This document shows positions 1-12,800 of a stretch of 44,389 bases of DNA, in pieces. Both the position numbers and the translations under genes were made by a program. Positions within the stretch are counted from its first letter, which is position 1. Each line of letters opens with the position of its first letter. The DNA lies in NCBI RefSeq assembly GCF_006345805.1, contig NW_021835220.1, forward strand, positions 1 through 44,389, written 5' to 3'. The notes under the pieces were generated by a model. It searched no databases. It had not been told where the DNA came from and saw only the letters and a program-made list of their open reading frames with translations. The stretch comes from Octopus sinensis. Lineage: Eukaryota.

Positions 1-36
1 TCTTTGATGGTTGAAATGTTGTTGTTCCAAAGATCT
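1..36 (-). CDS. LRR exon 11, truncated by window edge: DLWNNNISTIK...
   Basis: Same acceptor flank at 37-60; open frame to position 1. Confidence 0.85.
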
Positions 37-1708
37 CTATAGCAGTAAAGAAAGAGTAAAATAGATTATATGGAAAATATTTGTGATACAACATCAAACA
101 CTGTGACTTGAGAATGAAAGGAAGAAAAAGAAGAAAGATAACGAAGAAGAAAAGGAAGAAGAAGAAGGAAGAGGAGGAGGCGAAGAAGAATTAGAAGAAG
201 AAAGGAGAAGAGGTAGAAGAAAAAGAAGAGCAAGAAGGAATAGGAGGAAAAAGGAGGAGGAGGCTGATAAAAGGGAAGAAGATGTAGGAGAAAAAGTAAA
301 AGAAGGAGAAGGAGGGGGAGGAGGAGGAGGAAGAGAATAACAAGAAGAAGAAGATAAGAATAAGAAAGACGAGGAAGAGGAGGAGGAGAAGTAGATGAAG
401 AAGTAGAAAGAAGAAAGGAGAAGAAGAAGAAGAAGGAGAAGAAGAAGAAGAAGAAGAAGAAGAAGAAGACGAAAAAGAAGGAGGATGAGGAGGGGGAGGG
501 GAAGAAGAAGAATTGCAAGAAGAAGGAAGGGAAGAACAGAAGAAGAAGACGTAGAAGAAGTTGAAGCAGGAAAAAGAAGAAGAAGATGAAGAAGAAGAAG
601 GAGGAGGAGGAGGAGAAATAGACAACAAAACAGAAGTTAAGAAGGAAAAAAGGAGGAGAGAGAAGATGTGTAAAGAAGAAGAAGAAGAAGAAGAAGGAAG
701 AGGAGGAAAAAGGAGGAGGATTAGGAGTAGAAGGGAATAATAAGTAGGAGAAGATGAAAAAGAAAAGAAGAAGTGAAGAGTGAGGAAGGAGGAGGATGAG
801 AATTACAAAAAGGAATTATAAAAAGAAAAAGAGGGTAGGAGGAGAAGTAGATGTAGAAGTAGAAAGAAGAAGAAGAATATAAGAAGAAAAAAAAGAAATA
901 GAAGAATGAGAAGAAGAAAAGAAAAAGAAGGAGGAGGAGGAAAAGAAGAAGAAGAATTAGAAGAAGAAGCAGAAGAAGAAGAAAAGGAGCAGGAGTGGAA
1001 GGGAGGAGGAGAATTACAAGAAGAAAAAGGAGGAGGAGGGGCGGAGAGGATTGGGTAGAAAAAAGAAGATGAAAAAAAGAAGTAGAAGAAGGAAGAGGAA
1101 AAAGGAGGAGGAAGATGATGATAGGGAAAAAGTAGGTGTAGAAGAAAAAGAATAAGAATAAGAAGAAGGAGGAGGAGGAGGAAGGGTAGATGAAGAAGTT
1201 GAAAGTAGAAGAAGAAGAGGAAGAAGCAGAAGAGAAGAAGAAGAAGAAGAAGAAGAAGACGGAGAAGAAAATGAAGAAAAAAGAAAAAGGAGCAGGAGAG
1301 GAGGGGGAGGAAGAGAATTACAAGAAGAAATAGGAGGAGGAGGGGCGGAGTGGAGGCGGAAGAGAATTTAAAGAAGAAAATGAAGAATAATAATAAGAAA
1401 AAAATTAAAAGAGGAAGGAGGAGGAGGACCAGGAGGAGGAGGACCAGGAGGAGGACCAGGAGGAGGAGGAGCAGGAGGAGGAGGAGAGAAAAAAAAGAAA
1501 AAGAAGAGAGAGAAGAGAAGAAGAATAAAAAAAGAAAGAAGAAGAGAAGAAGAAGATAAGTAAGAAAGAAGAAATAAATAAGAAGAATAAGAAGAAGAGG
1601 AGAGGCATAATACTAATACAAAAAGATGAAAAAGGCAGAGAAGGAGAAGTAGAATAAGAAAAAGAACAAAAAGAAGAAGGAGAAGAAGAAGAAGAAGAAG
1701 GAGAAGAA

Positions 1709-1740
<32 letters not shown>

Positions 1741-4700
1741 CATTGAAAATCATGGTGTTTAAGATGAAACTGGAAATATTTTCGAAATATCAGGAAATAA
1801 TTCAAGGATAGAAAGAAAAATTTTGGGCGAGAAGACATGGCAGAAAAATCAGGGAATTTACGGAATCAGAAATCAACATATTCAAATGCACTCATACGCA
1901 TTCTTATATTCATAGTATCAACGACGGAATGCGGTATGCACACTCACATCACACATATTCCCATTCAACCTTGTGGAAATATGGTGAGAGAGATTATTTA
2001 TTTCATATCGCTTCATTGTCACAAGAATATTAGAAAACACACGCTCACAAGAAATATATCAGCACTTTAATTGTATCAGGCCAAATATTCCAGCTTACAA
2101 GTACAGTAAGTATTTCAGGTTTACAGAAAGAATGTATGTGACTATATTTTTTGAATATATATTTTCCGCTTCCACTTCAGTTGCTCTATATATAAAGGAA
2201 CATTATATTTTTCCTATTATTTTAATTTCTCTCTCAAATTCTCTCTCTTTCTTTCACATTGTCTCGCTCTCTCATATTCTCTTTGTATCTTCCTAAATCG
2301 TGTTCATTCTACAAATTCGAATTGATTTTGTTTGGCGCAGTCTGAAATTTTTTACATTTGTGAGCTGATATATCAGCATCAATTATTACTTTCGGAAAAT
2401 AGTATCAAGAAACTGAACGAACTTACAATGTCTTTAAATTCGAAAGCGCCGTGAATGCTCCTTCTTTGATGGTTGCTATGTTGTTGGAACCAAGATATCT
2501 ATAGCAGTAAAGAAAGAGTAACATAGATTTATGGAAAATATTTGTGATACGACATCAAACACTGTGACTTCAGAATGAAAGGAAGAAAAGGCAGAAAGAT
2601 AACGAAGAAGAAAAGGAAGAAGAAGGAGGAGGAGGTGAAGAAGAAAAAGAAAAAGAAGAAGAAGAATAAGTAGAAGAAGAAAGAGAAAAAGGAGAAGAAA
2701 AGAAGGGGAGAAGTAATTAGGGAAAAAGGAGGAGGAGGATGGTAAAAGGGAAGAAGTAGTAGCGAAAAAGTAAAAGAAAGAAGGAGAGGAGAGGAGGATG
2801 ACTATAGATGAAGAAGTAGAAAGAAGAAGAAGAAGAAGGAGAGGAGAAAAGGAGAGAGGAGAGATTGGAAGAATAATTAGGAGAGATGAAAAAGAAGAAG
2901 AAGATGAAGGAGGAGAGGGATGAGAATAACAAAAAGAAGAATATAAGAAGAAGAAAGAGGAGTAGGAGGAGAAGTAAATGTTGAAGTAGAAAGTAGTAGA
3001 AGAAGAAGAAGGAGAAGAAGTATAAGAAGAAAAAAGAGTAGAAAAATGAGAAGAAGAAAAGAAAAAGGAGGAGGAGGAAAAGAAGAAGAAGAAGAAGACG
3101 CAGAAGAAGAAGAAAAAGAAGCGGGAGAGGAGGGGGAGGAGGAGAATTACAAGAAAAAAAGGAGGAGGAGGGGCGGAGAGGATAGGGAAGAAAGAAAGAA
3201 GAGGAAAAAAGAAGTAGAAGGAAGAGGAAAAGGAGGAGGAAGCAATGAAGGGGAAAAGTAGTGTAGAAGAAAATAACAAGAATAAAAGATAAGGAGGAAG
3301 GAAAGAGGAGGAGGAGTAGTTGAAAAAATTGAAAGTAGAAGAGGATGTAGGAGAAGAAGAAGAAGAAGAAATATGTAGAAGCGAGAGAAGAAGAAACAAA
3401 ATAAGGAGAAGGAGGAGAAGAAGAAGAAGAATAAGAAGACGAAGAAGGAGAAGAAGAAGAAGAAGAAGAAGAAAAACGAGCAGGAGAGGAGGGGAGGTGG
3501 AGAATTACAAGAAGAAAAATGAGGAGGAGGGGCGGAGTGGAGCGGGAGAGAATTTAAAGAAGAAAATGAAGAATAAGAAGAAGAAAGAAATTAGAAGAGG
3601 AAGAAGGAGTAGGAGGAGTAGAAAGAAGAAAAAAGAAAAAGAAGAGAAGCGAGAAAGAAGAAGAAAAAAGAAAAGAAGAAAAAAGAGAAGAAAAAGAAGG
3701 AGGAGAAGGAGCAGCAGGAGGAGAGGAAGAAGAAGGAGAAGAAGAAGAAGTAGAAGAAGAAGAAGGAGAAGGAGAAGGAGAAGAAGAAGAAGTTGAAGAA
3801 GAAGAAGAAGAAGAGGGAGGAGAAGAAGAAGAAGGAGACGAAGAAGATACATTGAAAATTATGGCGTTCAAGATGAAACTGAAAATGTTCTTAAAATAAC
3901 AGGAAATAATTCAAGGATAGAAAGAAATATTTTGGGCGAGAAAACCTGGCAGAAAATTCAGGGAATATGCGGAATCAGAAATCAACATATTCAAATGCAC
4001 TCATACACATTCTTATATTCATAGTATCAACGACGGAATGCGGTATGCACACTCACATCACACATATTCCCACTCACCCTTGTGGACATATGGTGAGAGA
4101 GATTATTTATTTCATATCGTTTCATTGTCACAAGAATATTAGAAAACACACGCTCACATGAAATATATCAGCTGTTTAATTGTATCAGGCCAAATATCCC
4201 ATCTTACAAGTACAGTAGTATTTCAGGTTTACAGATAGAATGTATGTGACTATATTATTCGAATATATATTTTCCGCTTCCACTTCAGTTGCTCTATTAC
4301 ATAAATAACGTGAAGTGAATGACAAAATTCGAAGTTGAATGATAATATCGAAACACGAAGAGAATATTGAAATAAAAATGGAGGAGGATGCAAAATATAA
4401 AATAAAGGAATAATATAGTCACATTTCACACAGAACTACACTTATATATGAACATACACATATACTTCAGCTAAAAATATTTGATGCAAACATGTAAACT
4501 CACAAACGTTACCATTTCTAATACAAATTCATATCAAAATCATTGAAATTGGGGAACAAAAATGAGTTATTGAGATGCGAATTGAAACAAAGCAACTACA
4601 ATAAAGGAACATTATATTTTTCCTATTATTTCACTTTCACTCTCAAATTCTCTCTCTTTCTTTCACATTGTCTCGCTCTCTCATATTCTCTTTGTATCTT

Positions 4701-7700
4701 CCTATGTCGTGTTCATTCTACAAATTCGAATTGATTTTGTTTGGCGCAGTCTGAAATTTTTACATTGTGAGCTGATATATCAGCATCAATTATTACTTTC
4801 GGAAAAGTATCAAGAAACTGAACGAACTTACAATGTCTTTAAATTCGAAAGCGCCGTGAATGCTCCTTCTTTGATGGTTGCTATGTTGTTGGAACCAAGA
4901 TTTCTATAGCAGTAAAGAAAGAGTAAAATAGATTATATTGAAAATATTTCTGATACGACATCAAACGCTGTGACTTCAGAATGAAAGGAAGAAAAGGCAG
5001 AAAGATAACGAAGAAGAAAAGGAAGAAGAAGAAGGAGGAGGAGGTGAAGAAGAGGAACGAAAAGAAGAAGAAGAAGAATTAGTAGAAGAAGAAGAGGAGG
5101 AGGAGGAGGATGACAAGTAGATGAAAAGTAGAAGAGAATAAAAGAAGAAGGAAGAGGAGGAAAAAGGAGGAGGAGGAGAATGATTGGAAGAATAATTAGG
5201 AGAAGATGAAAAAGAAGAAGAAGATGAAGGAGAGGAGGATGAGAATAACAAAAAGAAGGATATAAGAAGAAGAAAGAGTAGGAGGAGAATAAATGTTAAG
5301 TAAAAGTAGTAGAAGAAGAAGAAGAAGAAGAGGAGAAGAAATATAAGAAGAAAAAAAATAGTAAAAAATGAAGAAGAAAAGAAAAAGGAGGAGGAGGAAA
5401 AGAAGAAAAGAAGAACGCAGAAGAAACGCAGAAGAAGAAGACAAATAAGCGGGAGGGAGGGGGAGGAGGAAATTACAAGAAAAAAAGGAGGAGGAGGAGG
5501 CGGAGAGGATTGGGAAGAAAGAAAGAAGAGGAAAAAAGAAGTAGAAGAAGGAAGAGGAAAAAGGAGAGAAGCAATGAAGGGGAAAAGTAGGAGTAGAAGA
5601 AAATAACAATAATAAGAAGAAGAAGAGGAAAGGAGGAGAGAGTAGTTGAAAAAATTGAAAGTAGAGGGATGTAGGAGAGAAGAAGAAGAAGAAATATGTA
5701 GAAGCGAGAGAAGAAACAAAATAAGGAGAAGGAGGAGAAGAAAAGAATAATAGAAGACTAAGAAGAGAAGAAGAAGAAGAAGAATAAGAAAAACGAGCAT
5801 GATAGGAGGGGAGGTGGAGAATTACAAGAAGAAAATGATGAGGAGGGGCGGAGTGGAGCGTGAGAGAATTTAAAGAAGAAAATGAAGAATAAGAATAAGA
5901 AATAAATTAGATAGGAAGAAGGAGTAGGAGGAGTAGGAAGAAAAAAAAAGGAAAAGAAGAGAAGAAGAAGAAGTAGAAGAAGAAGGAAAAGAAGAAAAAG
6001 AAGAGAAGAAAAAGAAGGAGGAGAAGGAGCAGCAGGAGGAGAGGAAGAAGAAGGAGAAGAAGAAGAAGTAGAAGAAGAAGAAGGAGAAGGAGAAGGAGAA
6101 GAAGAAGAAGTTGAAGAAGAAGAAGAAAAGAGGGGAGAAGAAGAAGAAGAGACGAAGAAGATACATTGAAAATTATGGCGTTCAAGATGAAACTGAAAAT
6201 GTTCTTAAAATAACAGGAAATAATTCAAGGATAGAAAGAAATATTTTGGGCGAGAAAACCTGGCAGAAAATTCAGGGAATATGCGGAATCAGAAATCAAC
6301 ATATTCAAATGCACTCATACACATTCTTATATTCATAGTATCAACGACGGAATGCGGTATGCACACTCACATCACACATATTCCCACTCACCCTTGTGGA
6401 CATATGGTGAGAGAGATTATTTATTTCATATCGTTTCATTGTCACAAGAATATTAGAAAACACACGCTCACATGAAATATATCAGCTGTTTAATTGTATC
6501 AGGCCAAATATCCCATCTTACAAGTACAGTAAGTATTTCAGGTTTACAGATAGAATGTATGTGACTATATTATTCGAATATATATTTTCCGCTTCCACTT
6601 CAGTTGCTCTATTACATAAATAACGTGAAGTGAATGACAAAATTCGAAGTTGAATGATAATATCGAAACACGAAGGAGAATATTGAAATAAGAAATGGAG
6701 GAGGATGCAAAATATAAAATAAAGGAATAATATAGTCACATTTCACACACAGAACTACACTTATATATGAACATACACATATACTTCAGCTAAAAATATT
6801 TGATGCAAACATGTAAACTCACACAACGTTACCATTTCTAATACAAATTCATATCAAAACAATCATTGAATTGGGGAACAAAAATGAGTTATTGAGATGC
6901 GAATTGAAACAAAGCAACTACAATAAAGGAACATTATATTTTTCCTATTATTTCACTTTCACTCTCTCAAATTCTCTCTCTTTCTTTCACATTGTCTCGC
7001 TCTCTCATATTCTCTTTGTATCTTCCTAGTCGTGTTCATTCTACAAATTCGAATTGATTTTTTTTGGCGCAGTCCTGTCAATGTTTTTACATTTGTGAGC
7101 TGATATATCAGCATCAATTATTACTTTCGGAAAATAGTATCAAGAAACTGAACGAACTTACAATGTCTTTAAATTCGAAAGCGCCGTGAATGCTCCTTCT
7201 TTGATGGTTGCTATGTTGTTGGAACCAAGATTTCTATAGCAGTAAAGAAAGAGTAAAATAGATTATATTGAAAATATTTCTGATACGACATCAAACGCTG
7301 TGACTTCAGAATGAAAGGAAGAAAAGGCAGAAAGATAACGAAGAAGAAAAGGAAGAAGAAGAAGGAGGAGGAGGTGAAGAAGAGGAACGAAAAGAAGAAG
7401 AAGAAGAATTAGTAGAAGAAGAAGGAGGAGGAGGAGGAGGATGACAAGTAGATGAAGAAGTAGAAAGAAGAAGAAGAAGAAGGAAGAGGAGGAAAAAGGA
7501 GGAGGAGGAGAATGATGGGGAAGAATAAGTAGGAGAAGATGAAAAAGAAGAAGAAGATGAAGGAGGAGGAGGATGAGAATAACAAAAAGAAGAATATAAG
7601 AAGAAGAAAGAGGAGTAGGAGGAGAAGTAAATGTTGAAGTAGAAAGTAGTAGAAGAAGAAGAAGAAGAAGGAGAAGAAGTATAAGAAGAAAAAAAGAGTA

Positions 7701-9782
7701 GAAAAATGAGAAGAAGAAAAGAAAAAGGAGGAGGAGGAAAAGAAGAAGAAGAAGACGCAGAAGAAGACGCAGAAGAAGAAGAAAAAGAAGCGGGAGAGGA
7801 GGGGGAGGAGGAGAATTACAAGAAAAAAAGGAGGAGGAGGGGCGGAGAGGATTGGGAAGAAAGAAAGAAGAGGAAAAAAGAAGTAGAAGAAGGAAGAGGA
7901 AAAAGGAGAGGAAGCAATGAAGGGGAAAAGTAGGAGTAGAAGAAAAAGAAGAAGAATAAGAAGAAGAAGGAGGAGGAGAAGGAGGAGGAGGAGTAGTTGA
8001 AAAAATTGAAAGTAGAAGAGGATGTAGGAGAAGAAGAAGAAGAAGAAATATGTAGAAGCGAGAGAAGAAGAAACAAAATAAGGAGAAGGGAGAAAAGAAG
8101 AAGAAGAATAAGAAGACGAAGAAGAAGAAGAAGAAGAAGAAGAAGAAGAAGAAGAACAAAAACGAGAAGGAGAGGAGGGGAGGAGGAGAATTACAAGAAG
8201 AAAAATGAGGAGGAGGGGCGGAGTGGAGGGGGAGAGAATTTAAAGAAGAAAATGAAGAATAAGAAGAAGAAAGAAATTAGAAGAGGAAGAAGGAGTAGGA
8301 GGAGTAGAAGAAGAAAAAAAAGAAAAGAAGAGAAGAAGAAGAAGAAGAAGAAGGAAAAGAAGAAAAAGAAGAGAAGAAAGAGAAGGAGGTGAAGGAGCAG
8401 CAGGAGGAGAGGAAGAGAAGAAGAAGAAGAAGTAGAAGAAGAATGAGAAGGAGAAGGAGAAGAAGAGAAGTAGAAGAAGAAGAAGAAGAAGAAGAAAAGG
8501 GAGGAGAAGAAGAAGAAGAAGACGAAGAAGATACATTGAAAATTATGGCGTTCAAGATGAAACTGAAAATGTTCTTAAAATATCAGGAAATAATTCAAGG
8601 AGAGAACGAAAAATTTTGGGCGAGGAGACATGGCTGAAAAATCAGGGAATATACGGAATCAGAAATCAACATATTCAAATGCACTCATACACATTCTTAT
8701 ATTCATAGTATCAACGACGGAATGCGGTATGAACACTCACATCACACATATTCCCACTCACCTTTGTGGACATATGGTGAGAGAGATTATTTATTTCATA
8801 TCGCTTCATTGTCACAAGAATATTAGAAAACACACGCTCACAAGAAATATATCAGCTGTTTAATTGTATCAGGCCAAATATCCCAGCTTACAAGTACAGT
8901 AAGTATTTCAGGTTTACAGATAGAATGTATGTGACTATATTATTCGAATATATATTTTCCGCTTCCACTTCAGTTGCTCTATTACATAAATAACGTGAAG
9001 TGAATGACAAAATTCGAAGTTGAATGATAATATCGAAACACGAAGGAGAATATTGAAAGAAGAAATGGAGGAGGATGCAAAATATAAAATAAAGGAATAA
9101 TATAGTCACATTTCACACAGAACTACACTTATATATGAACATACACATATACTTCAGCTAAAAATATTTGATGCAAACATGTAAACTCACAAACGTTACC
9201 ATTTCTAATACAAATTCATATCAAAATCATTGAAATTGGGGAACAAAAATGAGTTATTGAGATGCGAATTGAAACAAAGCAACTACAATAAAGGAACATT
9301 ATATTTTTCCTATTATTTCACTTTCACTCTCAAATTCTCTCTCTTTCTTTCACATTGTCTCGCTCTCTCATATTCTCTTTGTATCTTCCTAAATCGTGTT
9401 CATTCTACAAATTCGAATTGATTTTGTTTGGCGCAGTCTGAAATTTTTTACATTTGTGAGCTGATATATCAGCATCAATTATTACTTTCGGAAAATAGTA
9501 TCAAGAAACTGAACGAACTTACAATGTCTTTAAATTCGAAAGCGCCGTGAATGCTCCTTCTTTGATGGTTGCTATGTTGTTGGAACCAAGATTTCTATAG
9601 CAGTAAAGAAAGAGTAAAATAGATTATATTGAAAATATTTCTGATACGACATCAAACGCTGTGACTTCAGAATGAAAGGAAGAAAAGGCAGAAAGATAAC
9701 GAAGAAGAAAAGGAAGAAGAAGAAAGAGGAGGAGGTGAAGAAGAAAAAGAAAAAGAAGAAGAAGAATAAGTAGAAGAAGAAA

Positions 9783-9815
<33 letters not shown>

Positions 9816-12800
9816 GAATAGGAGGGAAAAGGAGGAGGAGGATGGTAAAAGGGAAGAAGTATTAACGGAAAAAGTAAAACAAGAAGAAGGAGGAGGAGGA
9901 GGAGGAGGATGACAAGTAAATGAAGAAGTAGAAAGAAGAAGAAGAAGAAGGAAGAGGAGGAAAAAGGAGGAGGAGGAGAATGATGGGGAAGAATAAGTAG
10001 GAGAAGATGAAAAAGAAGAAGAAGATGAAGGAGGAGGAGGATGAGAATAACAAAAAGAAGAATATAAGAAGAAGAATGAGGAGTAGGAGGAGAAGTAAAT
10101 GTTGAATTAGAAAGTAGTAGAAGAAGAAGAGGAAGATGAAGGAGAAGAAGTATGAGAAGAAAAAAAGAGTAGAAAAATGAGGAGAAGAAAAGAAAAAGGA
10201 GGAGGAGGAAAAGAAAAAAGAAGAAGAATTAGAAGAAGACGCAGAAGAAGAAGAAAAAGAAGCGGCGAGGAGGGGGAGGAGGAGAATTACAAGAAAAAAA
10301 GGAGGAGGAGGGGCGGAGAGGATTGGGACGAAAGAAAGAAGAGGAAAAATGAAGTAGAAGAAGGAAGAGGAAAAAGGAGGAGGAAGCAATGAAGGGGAAA
10401 AGTAGGAGTAGAAGAAAAAGAAGAAGAAGAAGAAGAAGAAGAAGGAGGAGGAGAAGGAGGGTGAGGAGTAGTTGAAAAAGTTGAAAGTAGAAGAGGATGT
10501 AGGAGAAGAATAAGAAGAATATGTAGAATCGAGAGAAGAAGAAAAAATAAGGAGAAGAAGAAAAGAAGAAAGAGAAGAAGAACGAAGGAAAGAAGAAGAA
10601 GAAGAAGAAGAAAAACGAGCAGGATAGGAGGGGAGGAGGAGAATTACAAGAAGAAAAATGAGGAGGAGGGGCGGGGTGGAGGGGGAGAGAATTTAAAGAA
10701 GAAAATGAAGAATAAGAAGAAGAAAGAAATTAGAAGAGGAAGAATGAGTAGAAGGAGTAGAAGTAGAAGAAAAAGAAAAGAAGAGAAAAAGAAGAAGAAG
10801 AAGGAAAAGAAGAAAAAGAAGAGAAGAAAAACAAGGAGAGGGAGCAGCAGGAGGAGAGGAAGAGGAAGAAGAAGAAGAAGTAGAAAGAAAAGAAGAAGAA
10901 GAAGAAGAAGAAGGAGAAGAAGAAGAAGCCGAAGAAGAAGACACATTGAAAATCATGGTGTTTAAGATGAAACTGAAAATGTTCTCAAAACATCAGGAAA
11001 TAATTCAAGGATAGAATGAAAAATTTTGGGCGAGAAGACATGGCTGAAAAATCAGGGAATATACGGAATCAGAAATCAACACATTCAAATGCACTCATAC
11101 ACATTCTTATATTCATAGTATCAACGACGGAATGCGGTATGCACACTCACATCACACATATTCCCACTCACCCTTGTGGAAATATGGTGAGAGAGATTAT
11201 TTATTTCATATCGCTTCATTGTCACAAGAATATTAGAAAAAACACGCTTACAAGAAATATATCAGCAGTTTAATTGTATCAGGCCAAATATTCCAGCTTA
11301 CAAGTACAGTAAGTATTTCAGGTTTACAGATAGAATGTATGTGACTATATTATTCGAATATATATTTTCCGCTTCCACTTCAGTTGCTCTATTACATAAA
11401 TAACGTGAAGTGAATGACAAAATTCGAAGTTGTGTGATAATATCGAAACACGAAGGAGAATATTGAAATAAGAAATGGAGGAGGATGCAAAATATAAAAT
11501 AAAGGAATAATATAGTCACATTTCACACAGAACTACACTTATATATGAACATACACATATACTTCAGCTAAAAATATTTGATGCAAACATGTAAACTCAC
11601 AAACGTTACCATTTCTAATACAAATTCATATCAAAATCATTGAAATTTGGGGAACAAAAATGAGTTATTGAGATGCGAATTGAAACAAAGCAACTACAAT
11701 AAAGGAACATTATATTCTTCCTATTATTTCACTTTCTCTCTCAAATTCTCTCTCTTTCTTTCACATTGTCTCGCTCTCTCATATTCTCTTTGTATATTCC
11801 TAAATCGTGTTCATTCTACAAATTTGAATTAATTTTGTTTAGTTCAGTCTGAAATATTATACATTTGTGAGCTTATATATCAGCATCAATTATTACTTTC
11901 GGAAAATAGTATCAAGAAACTGAACGAACTTACAAGTAGTTTAAATTTGAAAGCCCCGTGAATGTACCTTCTGTGATGGTTGCAATGTTGTTCTCGTACA
12001 GATATCTATAGCAGTAAAGAAAGAGTAAAATAGATTATATGGAAAATATTTGTGATACAACATCAAACACTGTGACTTGAGAATGAAAGGAAGAAAAAGA
12101 AGAAAGATAACGAAGAAGAAAAGGAAGAAGAAGAAGGAAGAGGAGGGGGCGAAGAAGAATTAGAAGAAGAAAGGAGAAGAGGTAGAAGAAAAAGAAGAGC
12201 AAGAAGGAATAGAAGGAAAAAGGAGGAGGAGGCTGATAAAAGGGAAGAAGATGAAGGAGAAAAAGTAAAAGAAGGAGAAGGAGGGGGTGTAGGAGGAAGA
12301 GAATAACAAGAAGAAGAAGATAAGAATAAGAAAGACGAGGAAGAGGAGGAGGAGAAGTAGATGAAGAAGTAGAAAGAAGAAAGGAGAAGAAGAAGAAGGA
12401 GAAGAAGAAGAAGAAGAAGAAGACGAAAAAGAAGGAGGATGAGGAGGGGGAGGGGAAGAAGAAGAATTGCAAGAAGAAGGAAGGGAAGAACAAGAAGAAG
12501 AAGACGTAGAAGAAGTTGAAGCAGGAAAAAGAAGAAGAAGATGAAGAAGAAGAAGGAGGAGAGAAGGAGAAAGAGAATAACAAAAACAGAAGTTAAGAAG
12601 GAGAAGGAGGAGGAGGAGAAGATGTAGAAGAAGAAGAAGAAGAAGGAAGAGGAGGAAAAAGGAGGAGGAGTAGGAGTAAGAAGGGGAGAATAAGTAGGAG
12701 AAGATGAAAAAGAAGAAGAAGATGAAGGAGGAGGAGGAGGAGGATGAGAATAACAAAAAGAAGAATATAAGAAGAAAGAGGGGTAGGAGGAGAAGTAGAC

